Shown: piece by piece, positions 51,670 through 64,000 of the stretch | Layout: the number at the start of each line of letters is the position of its first letter | How positions within the stretch are numbered: position 1 is the stretch's first letter | From: Eledone cirrhosa | Lineage: Eukaryota | Direction: 5' to 3' | Assembly (NCBI GenBank): GCA_964016885.1 | Contig: OZ024744.1 | Coordinates: 83,576,001-83,640,000 of the forward strand | DNA: 64,000 bases | The notes under the pieces: model-generated | Seen by the model: only the letters and a program-made list of their open reading frames with translations | What the model was told of the DNA's origin: nothing | Databases searched by the model: none | Translations under genes and position numbers: made by a program

Positions 51670-54600
51670 ACACAAGAACATTACACATACATAAACAACA
51701 AAAACAAAACTTTAATAGAGGTCATCTGCAACGACCCTTCGGTGAAAACCGAAGGGAAAACTTTTTCGAACTGTGTAGACAGACCCAGTTTAAAGATGAT
51801 TAGGGTCCCTACGGACACCTATATATCTTTAAAGAAAAAATGTTCTAGGAACGTGGGTAATCCTTGCGTTAAACCCATTAACCGCGTCCTTTTAAAATGT
51901 TTCCTCACCCTCACCCCAGACACCCCCCACCATAAACACCCCTCCCCACCAAACATTTCCGACGCCACCCCGCCAGAAACCACCACCCTACCAAACAACC
52001 CCCCCCCCCCCCAACACCCCCATGGACATTGTGCAGCCTGGTCTCCAGGAAGCGAGGTGGTTAGTGAATTCTTTCCTCTTCTTTTCTAACTCTTCCTCAC
52101 CAATATGGCCAATATAAGAGTCGGATGTATGAATGTACGCGGCCTGGGATGCCCTGGAAACACGGCAAACTCTTAAACGACCTCAGGTCCCACAGTATGG
52201 ATGTGGAAGTCATTTGCAACTCCAGGATCCACAGCGAGCGGCAGCTGGTCCCCATCTACGACAACTTTGAGATCTACGCATCTCTCTGTCAGCCGGGAGG
52301 TGGGGGCGCGGTTGCCGTTTTGCTGTGGAAACACCTGGACCTCGTGCCACAGACGGTGGGTCGACAGGTGGTCCTAGACGTCAGCAGTAGTGAAGGTGGA
52401 GCCTTCAGACTGGTGGCCGTATATGCCCCATCCGGGACATCGCGGCCAGACTTCTTCAAACGTCTGGAGACTTTTCTGGAAACGTCCCACTCCTTGCTTT
52501 TAGTGGAGGACAGGAATGGAATCCTAGATGCACGTTGGGATTATGTGGGAACATGTCCCGATAGAGGTGGGTGTAACAGCCTCAAACAGTTAATCGGCCG
52601 ATTTCAACTGGCATATAGTTACTAACTAGATTTCCCGACTGCGTCAATGTGGGCGTGGACGAATCGTAGCGGGACATCTAGATCGTACTTAGATAGGTTT
52701 CTAATTAGAGATAGAGATAGGGACATATTAAGCTGTCCACACATGTTCATGGTTGTCTATTCAGACAAAAAACTAGTGACCTGAGTAGTCAACCTTGATA
52801 GAACCCATAGGAAGGTACCCGGCTACTGGAAGCTGAACCTGTCGTTACCGACACGTAACGCATACAGTAGTCAGATTAGCACTTTAGTGAAGCAGCAGTT
52901 GACGGGAGCAATTGTCAACAACAGGGGGTGGTGCTCTCTTAAGAGAGCAATTAGATTAGAATCGATAGGCTTAAGTAAAGAACTAGCTTAGATAGGAATA
53001 AGACTGAAAGGGAACTGGTAGATAAAATAGAAGAGGCGATTAGGAGTGGCAGAGTAGCTAACGTGCGACGAGAACGGCCTTGGACCAGTTCTTCGACACA
53101 AAGCATGAAGGCTGCGTTGTCAGAAGCAAAATACGTGCTCTGGGAAACGAGGGAGCCAAAGCTGTTAGCTGGGCCCGAGTGACGGACGCGAAAAGTGGCA
53201 ACAAGTCCACGATTCGGTCTTTGAAGTACCAAGACGGGCGCGTGATATATGAACCGAAGCAAATGTGCGCGGCCTTTCAGCGGCACTTTGCTCAACTATT
53301 CGGGCAGGGCAGCGCGCCGGGAGGGGCTATGGATTTCGGTTCATACCTCGACGGCCTACCGCGACTCTCGGACAGCGAGGCGAAGTTCTGCGAAAGGCCG
53401 ATTTCGGCCGCTGAGGTAGAGGACGCGCTGAGCCAAGGCGGCAAACGCAAATCTCCATATCTCGACGGTCTACCCTACGAATTTTACGTAGCAATGCCGG
53501 ACTTGTTCTCCGGTCTCCTGGAAGCCGTCTACTGCAACTGGCAGCAGAACGGGAGAATTCCCAGTTCTGTGACGAAGGGCGTAATCACGTTAGTCAGGAA
53601 GGACGAGAACAAGGGGGATGACATAGGCAACTTCCGGACCATAAGTCTACTAAACACAGAGTTACAGATTTTGGCCAAGTGTTAGCAAAGAGGTTGGCGC
53701 TTGTCTTCGAAAACCTGGTGGGAGAAGCGCAGACATGCGCAATCCCGACCAGGTCCGTACACGACAACCTCCACCTCATGCGATACATCGTAGAGGGGGT
53801 GGGGTGTGAACCTGGCTTCCGTGGGGCACTGATAAATTTGGATCAGTCTAAGGCATTCGACAGAGTCGACCATCGTTACCTGGATGCGGTGTTCGCGGCG
53901 GCAGGCTTCGGACCCGTCTTCAGGCGCTGGATTGCTGCCATGCACAGCAGCAACATCTGCTCAAGGGTCAAGGTGAATGGCTACCTCTCGTACCCGTTCC
54001 AAATCACGCGATCCATCCGACAGGGATGCCCTCTCTCCTCCCTTCTGTATGTACTGACTCTCAAGCCACTACTGCGGAAGTTGGAGCTACTGCAGGGCAT
54101 CCCTTTAGAACCGGGACTGGGAAAAGCGGTGTCGGCCTAAGCCGACGACGTCACAGTATTGGTGTCGAGCACCTCGCAAATCGGGGAAGTCGGCACCTTA
54201 CTGAAGGAATACGAAAGGTTCACAGGAGCGAGGCTGAACCGGGACAAGTCCGTCGGTTTGCAACTCGGATCGTTGAGAGGCAAACCGTTGCCTTCCGACG
54301 GCGCCGTCGGAGGCTGGACGGAGGGACCGGTGAGGCTGCTCGGGATCTGGTTCAGACCGGACCTCCAGTTGGAGAAAAATTGGAACGAGGTGACGGCCAA
54401 GGTGTTTGCGCTCGGCCAGAAGTGGGCTGAGAGAAAACTATCATTGAAAGGTCGAGCGGAGGTGGCGAACGCTTTCATAGCGTCCGTCATCTACTACCGC
54501 TTGACCGTCGTGCCTTGTCCAAGTAAAACGCTCACTAAAATGGAGAGCGCGCCTTTGGAAGAAGCGTGCTCCTTTGGTGAGAAGATCCATCTGCTATCAA

Positions 54601-55715
54601 CACTCTTCAAACGGAGGGCTCGGGATGCCGTGGCTGACGATGCGCAAGCACACACTCAGGATGCGGCATCTCCGCGTATTCCACAACCGGTGTGGGCCCC
54701 GTTCGTGAGGCGACCCTTACGCGTCTCGTCTCGCTGACCGAGCTGCAGTCCTGGGTCAAGCAAAGACCGAGGAAAATGGGCGACTGGCACATTGAATGTG
54801 CTCAGGCGCTCACAGTCCTCTGTAAAACGGACCCGGAGATCAGTGGAGACTCCACCTCGTCATTCTATAAAGTGTTAGTCCGCAGCAAGTCCGACGACAC
54901 TCTCGAATTGGCCAGTCTGTTCGGTAGGAAATTCCGCCCGGGACCGATGGACAACTTCCAAAAGTCCCTGGCCTGGCAATGCTACCGAGGAGCTCTACCC
55001 GTTCGGGACAAGCTCTACAGACACGGGCGCCCGGGCAGGGATCCCTCGAAAAAGATCTGTCCGAGATGCGTGCGGGTGAGGAAACCGTCGTGCACGCATT
55101 CGTACACTGCCCGGGCGTTACCGACCTGTGGAGCTATGCAGAACGACTACTGTCCCGGGTGGGACAAATCCGTTTGACCACCGAGTCCATTATTGCGATC
55201 AAACCACCACCTTCCTTCAAAAACGAAGGAGAGGCGGTTTTCCTCTGTGTAATGGCTATGGTGAAAGAGGCTATATGGTGGACGAGACTGAAAGGGCTGA
55301 GGTCAGACACCTTTCTCTCCGGCGAACCACTGGTTCGCTTCTTCAAATATCATTTTAGAAGAAGAATCAGAGAGGAGAGAGAGGTGCTGCACCCCAGCAA
55401 AGTTTATGAAAGGTGGGTGAATGTGGCAAGGATGGCCCGAGTGGTTGGGCCTTCTCTTTATATAAACCTGTAGGTTGAGGAAAAAGAGGAAGAGAGGAAA
55501 GGAGCTTAGACTCTTCGTGCTCCTGGAGATGAGGGTTGTACATTTTTTCGGGGTGTGTACAACCCATGTGTAACGCCTCCGCCCCTATTGGGGATTTCAA
55601 TTGTTAATTGTTATTTGTTATTTGTTATTAATTCTATTTTATTACACGCATGTATGTAAACTCCTCGCTCTATATTTGTCCCCATCTTTTTGCGCGCTTG
55701 TGGCAAATAAAGAAA
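51670..55715 (+). mobile_element. Tx1-clade LINE subfamily B, 5'-truncated in ORF1; ORF2 52105-55473 decayed
   Basis: Colinear homolog of 18100-22020; many stops and frameshifts; ends aataaagaaatatatctatctat. Confidence 0.92.
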
Positions 55716-55727
55716 TATATCTATCTA

Positions 55728-55856
<129 letters not shown>

Positions 55857-56471
55857 GATTAGTATGTCAATTCTTAATTGTATATGCCTTTTCGTAAGGT
55901 GAGACGCTATGAGAAATAAAGGTGAGAGTTATATATTAAGTCGAGCACACATGTAGAAGCTCTTTTATAGATATACAACTTACGAGAAGGTAAATTTCAC
56001 TTATAAATTTTCTTTGCCTGGTACAAAACTTGTGTAATTAAAATAATAGAAATTGTAAAGAGTCATGGCATTTCCAAATATACTATTAATAATTCGTGGA
56101 AATAATGGCTTCTACCGGATACAAAACCAATTCGCATTTTGACTCTGGTTTCACGACATACGATATAAACATTGTTGATATTGCAAAATAGTTTGTGTAT
56201 TGCCAATTATTTTAAATTACTTTTTGCATTTTATGTTTATTTAATACTTTATTATAGACGCCATTTACATTGTAGTAACAGTTTATGGCGGAGATAAATG
56301 TACATTCATGTCCCTTCGATATTTTACAATGGACGTAATATTTTGCATACATAATATATGACTGAAAATGTTATAGATAATTTATTAAAGTAATAATCTT
56401 ATAGATGGTTTATGAAAGTAATAATCTTTACGATAAATTATCTAAATTATTATCTACATTGTTTAAAATAT

Positions 56472-56857
56472 CGGTGGATTGGCAGTATCGGTAGAGGGTC
56501 GGACACCATGCTTTCCAGCATAGTTACCTCCCTTTACGATCTGAGTTCAAATCCCGCCGAGGTTGACTTTGCCTTTCATCCTTACGGGGTCGATAAAATA
56601 AAGTACCAGTAATGCACTTGGTAATTGCTGGCCTTGTGCCTAAAGTAGAAACAATTATTTAAAATATCGGTGGGTTGGCAGTATCGGTAGCGGGTCTGAC
56701 GCCATGCTTTGCAGCAAAGACTTACGGCCCTTTATGGTCTGAGTTCAAATCTCGCCGAAGTTAACTTGGCCTTTCATCCTTACGGGTTCGATAAAATAAG
56801 GTAGCAGTTATACACTGGGATAATTGCTGGCATTGTGCCAAAAGTAGAAACAATTAT
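56472..56857 (+). mobile_element. Head-to-tail SINE pair
   Basis: Two diverged copies; tttaaaatatc occurs before, between and after them. Confidence 0.9.
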
Positions 56858-57834
56858 TTAAAATATCATAAATGTACCTACAAATGATTATATTATTACG
56901 TTAACTTTTCATACACATAAATTCGAATCTCACACACAAAGGAGATCATTTACCTTTGGAGTCTACTATTTGACATATAAGTTGTTTGCTATTTTTAATA
57001 TGAACAGGTTATAAACAGATTGTACCAGTCAATAGATTACCTGAGGCGCAGGTAAACAGTCAGCGGTCACCCCGCCCCTATTTTTGCCTTTGTCACGCTG
57101 TTTTATTACGCTCTAAATCGATCACAATATACTAATTATAATAAACACACACATGCACACACATGCACACACATACAGCCCCCCCCCCCCACACACACAT
57201 ATATATATAGGTCTATTTTTATCATTTATTTTGTTTGACCTGTTTAGCTTGATTTTTTGTTTGGCTTAGGTGGTTAATGCCTTCTAAACCACTTTTTCAG
57301 TTTGTATGGCGTTTTAACATATTGTTTAGCTCTAGTTTTTCTTAACTATTGGAGCGCTTGCCAGCATTTCTACGATTTTGCGTTTCGTTTCGTTTTTTCT
57401 ACCGGCCGAAATACGATTCTCGCTGAATTTATATTTATATATATATATATATACATATACAAGCATCAAGTGTTTAGAAGACGCTGATAAGATTTGAAAA
57501 TATATATTTATACATATAATATACATATAATATATAATGGTGTGTATTGAAAACATATATAAACATATAGTATATGTTTATATATATACAATAAATATTT
57601 GGGTAGCCTCACTATCGAAGATAAAACTTTTTCCCCGACGAAAAAATTTATTTTCTCTATTTTCTTCTGTGAATATTTCACTGAGTTCGTCAATACGGTC
57701 CTTAATGCCAGACAGCGCTCTCTCTCTCTCTGCATATATATATACATACACACACACACACACACACATATGAATATACAAGTATAAGGAACTAGACGAA
57801 TTGGATTTGTGTTAGCCTGCCGAATATATAGATC

Positions 57835-57875
<41 letters not shown>

Positions 57876-58654
57876 AACCTATGAAAATTTGAAATTTGGA
57901 TAATGTTTTGGGAAATACAAGATCCATGTTAGAACATAAACTGCTTTGTTGAAATCATATATCTGGTGCTGTGTACGGAGCGAAAATATCACGGGTAAAG
58001 CTACGGATACAAACTGCAGATCAAAATAACTATAACTTCATCATCGGGAAGACTAATCTTAAAACCTCTGAGTATTTGAGCCCAACTGAATTCAGCTTCA
58101 CTCTCGGCCCTTTTTGCGTTTTTTCTATTCTCTTTCAGATATTGGACAAGAGATTTGGGTGGGGGTAGTTACCACTGTAGATGCTACTGTCAAAAGCCGT
58201 GCCAGCGTAAGGCACTCACCAAGGCGATATTTTATTTCAACCAGAATTTCCGTTTTCAGGCATTCACTAATAAATTCTAGCATTTCACAACAAAATACTT
58301 TCATCTGTGAACAATACAATTAGCCACATAAAAACGTTTAAATTATCAGTTTTGGTTTCCTAACTGGTCTGTCTCAATTCATCACAGACCTCGCAGTCCT
58401 ACAGCAGTTAACACGTACAACACACCACTAGATCAAAACTTCAACAACAACCAGCATGACTGATAACACATCATTCTTATCTGTTAGCCTTGAGTCTAAT
58501 TGGGTCTGTCTCAGTTTATTAAAGTCCCAATCGATTTTCCCCCACACTAGTCAACACGCACAACTTACTATTATAATATCCCATTAGACAACATCAAAAA
58601 TCTCTTCATAACAACATGATAGCCAACCATATGCACAAACATACATACATAGAT

Positions 58655-59510
58655 ATATGGTGGCTTCCAACTCGTTTTCGAGTACGGCCACTACTTTATA
58701 TCCATGTATGAGAACCCCTACCGATGCGCTGAAAACTCTGGTGCAAACACTACACTTGTGACAATTATTGACAAGAGCAGAGAGATCTCCAGAGCTCCTT
58801 TGCCCTTTGACAGGTTTTGTTTTTAGTCCTGCAGGATCCAAAGTCATCCTCCTCATCAAGAAACCTTGGTGGGGTTGCCAGTTTAGCCGCCAACGACCCG
58901 ACTAAGGGACAGGTTGTACTGGAATACATGCTACTAGTAGCACCAACTGGTGATCTGGCAACATACATACATATTGCCTGCCAACTCGTTTTCGAGTACG
59001 GCCACTACTTTATATCCATGTAGGAGAACCCCTACCGATGCGCTGAACGAGTGTAACATTTTAGTCCAGCCAGCGACTTGAAAACTCTAGTACAAACATT
59101 ACACCTGTGACAATTATTGACACATGGTACCATGTGATGACAAGAGCAGAGAGATCTCCAGATATAAAGCAATGCCTGTGCCGTGAAGCTTTAATAGTGA
59201 GCAAAGGCACTGCACAAAGCCAGTCCCACTCTCTTAACCAAGATGATATTTACCAAAAAGAAGAACAAGTCAACATCATTGGATACCATTAGGGTTGCAG
59301 GTGTTATATCAGAGTTTTCCTTATCCTAGAATTCTGCCTTGACAAAGGCTAAGGGGTCATCTCTCCCGGTGATTTTGGATGGCCATTGACTCTTAAGAGC
59401 TCTTTTGCCCTTTGACAGGTTTTGTTTTTAGTCCTGCAGGATGTCCAAAGTCACCCTCCTCACTAAGAAACCTTGGTGGGGTTGCAAGTTTAGTCGCCAA
59501 CGACACGACC
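58655..59510 (-). mobile_element. Tandem pair of internally deleted (bipartite) RTE elements
   Basis: Each has a 5'-UTR-like block joined to the zinc-finger/3' UTR block and an (ATGT)n tail. Confidence 0.65.
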
Positions 59511-59639
59511 ATGAGACATACACACATACATACATACATACGTACGTACATACGCACGTAATACATACAGATATACATGCGTGCATGCATGCATACATAC
59601 AGACAGACACACATACACACATACACACACACAGACCAT

Positions 59640-60280
59640 AGAAAGGAGAACCCATGCTAAAAGACTAACATGTAGAATCGACAGGTTCATAACATCCTCC
59701 ATTGAAGGATATCACCATGCTAACAAGGATAAAAAAATCTCCAAGTTCCTACTACTCAAAAGAGGAAGGTCATCAGTAGACAACATATGTGGGCTGTGTA
59801 AAACAAAGATTGAAGGTGTTTGCGACATTATTGCCAACTGTGAAAGAATGTCTTATCGTTACTACCTCCCCGTGAGGCACGATACGGTAGCCAGAACGAT
59901 CTGCAATGAATTAAGGAAGACGAAAATCAAATCAAATAACATCGAATATGTTGTGACTGATAACTTAAAGGGGGAATTTGGGATCACACATTAAAACATG
60001 CTCTTTTGTAGAAGACAGCTGCCCACCCGATGTCACCTTGGTAAGAAAAATGCAAGAGAAGGTGGGTATCTACAGATCATTGATAAGAAGCTTGCAGATC
60101 CAGTACTCACGATACACGTTCGTACTTATCATTATTGCAGCAAGAGATTATATAGCAACCGACCTAGACCAAAGTATAACTAAACATGGATTTGTGGAAA
60201 AACAATGTAGCTTCTTAAGTCGTAATTTACAGATCGCTGCGATATCTGGGACTTTCAAAATATGTAAATCATTCTTACCA
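59640..60280 (+). pseudogene. Old R4-like RLE LINE 3' fragment
   Basis: CGLCK..DIIANC..YYLPVRHDTVAR..SCPPD..EKVGIY..LQIAAISGTFKICKSFL. Confidence 0.75.
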
Positions 60281-60303
60281 TATTTTGCTATAATACCACC
60301 ATT

Positions 60304-60347
<44 letters not shown>

Positions 60348-60394
60348 GGCTTTCCGACGTTTTCACCAATTGTAAATATATAAATATATATATA

Positions 60395-60494
60395 CAGGGT
60401 GTCCCAAAGAAATGTATACATACTTTGATTACCTGTACAGACAATATTCATTAGAATGCTATTGAGGTGTGTATACACTTTTTGGGGCAACCTG
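60395..60494. mobile_element. 100-bp Tc1/mariner-type MITE
   Basis: TA-cagggtgtcccaaa...tttggggcaacctg-TA; ~28-bp imperfect TIRs. Confidence 0.85.
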
Positions 60495-60531
60495 TATACA
60501 TATATATATATATATATATATAAGTAAATAA

Positions 60532-60598
<67 letters not shown>

Positions 60599-62125
60599 TA
60601 TATATATTCATAAGAGTAAGTCTGAAGGTAGTTAAAAAATATAATATAGTAAATGAAGTATGTAAGTAGTATAAAAAAATTGAAAGAACTCGTGTAGTGT
60701 GAAGACATAAAAACTGGCAATGCTATATAAAGAAAAAAGCATTCCTATTTGCAGACGAGCTGGAACATTCCGTAAATTAGTTAAAAACCAAGTAAGAATC
60801 TTATGCAGATAAAATAAAACAAAAGCATCGCCTTCAATAAAGTTTATCAAGGAAAAAATACAAAACTAATTCGTATATTAAATGACATCGATAAATTCAC
60901 ACCGATGAATATAAAATAAAAAATAGTATCACACAGCATGGGAAAACAAATGCACACAGACTAAAAGCATTAACAAAACACCATCAGGATTCAGTGCATT
61001 TTCCACATCCGCTAGGTGAATAAACACCAATTAACATTCGTGTTAACATACAAGCTAAACGAATAATGTCTATCAATTATCAAATATCAATTCCACACCA
61101 AGTATACCCAAGACCAGAGTAAAATGGAACAGAAAAAACACAGCAGCTGTCTATTATGTCTTGTTGGCTGAGAAAGTAGAACATAAGACTGGGTACCTTA
61201 GAGTATTTCCCATATAGGATAAGGGTCCGTTTAGAATTTGGACAATTACAACGTCCATCACCATCTTGAGCAACTTTCATTAACAAAATATATGTTTCAA
61301 TTATAAAAAATAAATAAATTCGACGTTTCCTATCATTTTGGTTAAAGCTTGTTGGAATCGTCCTTGCCTTTCATACCTAGGATTCAAGGAAATTATTTGG
61401 GTCATATTGAAAATTAAAAAAATAGCATTGCATTTTTACAGATTTATGTTATGTACTTGTTGGCAAAAGAGTGTCGGGACCAGGGCAAGTCCTCAGAATC
61501 TTAACGTAAAAGAAGTGTCATTTCAATTATATTAGAAATGATTTTAAAAATACTTTTTAGCACCATTCACATAGTTTAAATAAACTGTGGAATTAGAATA
61601 TAAAACACATAAATATACATGCAGAAAGATATTCATATGGTTAAATTTCATTGATTGTTTTTGGAATTCTTCATACTCATAGTCTACAAGTTTTATACCA
61701 TCAATTCCTCGGGCAAAATCAAAAGACGAGCAAGTAGTCATGAGCCTTTTTTCTTTAGTTGAGTTATATCTTTTATATTGATAATTTCAAATGAAAAGTA
61801 GTTATAGAAAATGTTTAAAACTTATTTGTTAACCTTTGTCAAAATTCCCTCGTATGCAATGTGCCGTTTGATATTAAAATCATTAATTTGTTTAAGAAAC
61901 ATGTTTAATAATTTTGTAGAAAAATGTGCATGTGTATGAGACAGTGAATTAGTGGTGGTCAGCAAAGATTGTTGTTGCTTTCGAATATGCTTTTGTTTTT
62001 GTTGCTGTAATGGCATGTGTATTGAGCTTAACTATTACATAGAATATATATCAAAATGGGGCATATCAAGAGATGTGAAGTTTGAAAATTAACTCTTTTC
62101 ATTTTTCAAATACAGACATGTATAC

Positions 62126-62226
<101 letters not shown>

Positions 62227-62244
62227 GTATATACTTTATACACA

Positions 62245-62518
62245 ACAGGAGGAAAAAATATAACACCACTGACGATGTTGCAGATGTGCAACGAAAGATT
62301 TATGTAAATTATGTAAACTATATATATGTGTTTGTGTCTATATTGTATCTGTATTATTTTTGACCGTCGGTCAGTCAATGGCAACATTGAGGACCGATTA
62401 AGTTAGATCGCAGATATAAAAGACAGCGAGAAGCGAAAACCAACCAAACAGTGAGTGTGTTCTGTTATTAATTCTGGCAATATTACACAAATATGACCCT
62501 CCCCAAGTATAACAATAT
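62245..62518 (+). mobile_element. Non-coding pLTR element with minimal HHR (62265-62302)
   Basis: CTGACGA-t-gttgca-gatg-tgcaac-GAAAG; ends gaccctccccaagtataacaata; further copies at 62836-62905 and 63649-64000. Confidence 0.78.
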
Positions 62519-62521
62519 ATG

Positions 62522-62560
<39 letters not shown>

Positions 62561-62791
62561 GTTTATATATATATATATAAATATATTTTGAGTATATGTT
62601 GGTTGTTTTAATATCGGAGTATTGACGGAGTAAAACACACTTCAACAACATGTGTACCTGTCTCTACCACACCAACTCGGACTGCCTGAAAAGATCACAG
62701 CCAATGATGGCTGTCACCGAAATATATATAGCAGTACATCTTTAATAAACGAAGCCAAATTTTTAATATTTGACTTAATTTATTATAGTAA

Positions 62792-62841
<50 letters not shown>

Positions 62842-62910
62842 ATACTTGGGGAGGGTCATATTTATGTAATAATATTGCCAGAATTAATAACAGAACACAC
62901 TCACTCGCAA

Positions 62911-62988
<78 letters not shown>

Positions 62989-63028
62989 GATATTAACAAA
63001 TGGAAACTATATTTATAAAACCATATTT

Positions 63029-63096
63029 ATTTCATTATACATATTTCAACGACACCAAGTTAAATTAAATTATGGTGTGCTTTCATCAGATAAAAT
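63029..63096 (-). ncRNA. Type I HHR
   Basis: attttat-CTGATGA-aagc-acacca...tggtgt-cgtt-GAAAT-atgt-ATA-atgaaat. Confidence 0.8.
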
Positions 63097-63204
63097 ATAA
63101 TATAGAGCAGTTTTATAAATAAATAAATATTGACATACCCTTAAAGAATGCAACCATTACTATATATATATATTTGTTTATTTATATTTATATTTATAAA
63201 TATA

Positions 63205-63240
<36 letters not shown>

Positions 63241-63648
63241 AAATAAATAAATAAATATATATATTTATAAATAGAGAAAGATAGAGGGAGGGACTGAGAG
63301 TAGATAGATAAATAGAGAAAAGTTAAATACGGAAATGTACGAACATATTCAGTCCATACTGAGAGTATGTTTAAAACTAGTCTATAGCGTCATATCTAAT
63401 ATTTAATTGGGAATGATATATAAAACAACACAGAAATCTGATATGCCGATAGACATATGAGTCCTATCTATATACAGGCATCTGTTAAGAGACTTATAAC
63501 ATACACCTAGATATCGAAACACAATATCATATCAAATCATATATCTCTATAGAAATACATTCATGCACTCATATATGGTAGATTATATATATTTATATAT
63601 ATATATATAATGGCGAGGTTTTTGATATGAAATCGTGTGTCGAAACAA

Positions 63649-64000
63649 ATATTGTTATACTTGGGTGGGTTATATTTGTGTTATAATATTGCCAGAATTA
63701 ATAACAGAACACACTCATTGTTTGGTTGGTTTTCGCTTTTCGTTTCTGTGTCTTTTATATCGGTAATCTAATTTATTCTGTCCTCAACGTTGCCATTGAC
63801 TGACCAACGGTCAAAAATAATACAGATACAATATAGACACAAACACATATATATAGTTTATCAAAATAAACAAATAAATAAATATATAAACAGACTAAAT
63901 AAAGATGGGTTAGAAAATACAATGCAACGGGAGGAAACAATAGCACCACCGACGATGTTGCAGATATGCAACGAAAGAACTTTGATAAACTATATATATG
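63649..64000. mobile_element. Head-to-head pLTR arrangement (runs off window end)
   Basis: 63649-63865 is an inverted copy of ~62314-62518; 63931-64000 is a direct copy of 62249-62330 with an HHR (CCGACGA). Confidence 0.8.

Noticed and set aside
60985-61030. P-loop-like LIGVYSPSGCGK (minus strand)
   Set aside because: Imperfect Walker A, stop a few codons later, no supporting motifs

Overview
Eukaryotic, AT-rich, microsatellite-saturated DNA. The SINE and repeat make-up suggests a cephalopod (Octopus-like) genome, which is an inference. I found no convincing host gene; nearly all short ORFs come from microsatellites or are antisense artefacts. The window is a mosaic of transposons: two long Penelope-like elements (PLE; RT plus GIY-YIG endonuclease), one GC-rich and frameshifted (3246-7555) and one with an intact 774-aa ORF (45782-48760); several PLE fragments; a head-to-tail Tx1/L1-clade LINE array at (TCTA)n plus a second subfamily copy; an R4/Dong-type LINE array at (TAA)n; RTE and Helitron remnants; piggyBac and Tc1/mariner MITEs; and about 17 copies of a tRNA-derived SINE. 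The most notable layer is non-coding. About 20 type I hammerhead ribozyme (HHR) motifs from many distinct families, read by eye, sit in PLE terminal repeats and in non-coding 528-bp and 549-bp tandem retrozyme-like units. More than a dozen fold-back inverted repeats accompany them. Several fold-back junctions fall in HHR stem II or at the predicted cleavage site, and the outer ends often fuse to (TA)n at internal TATA microhomologies.
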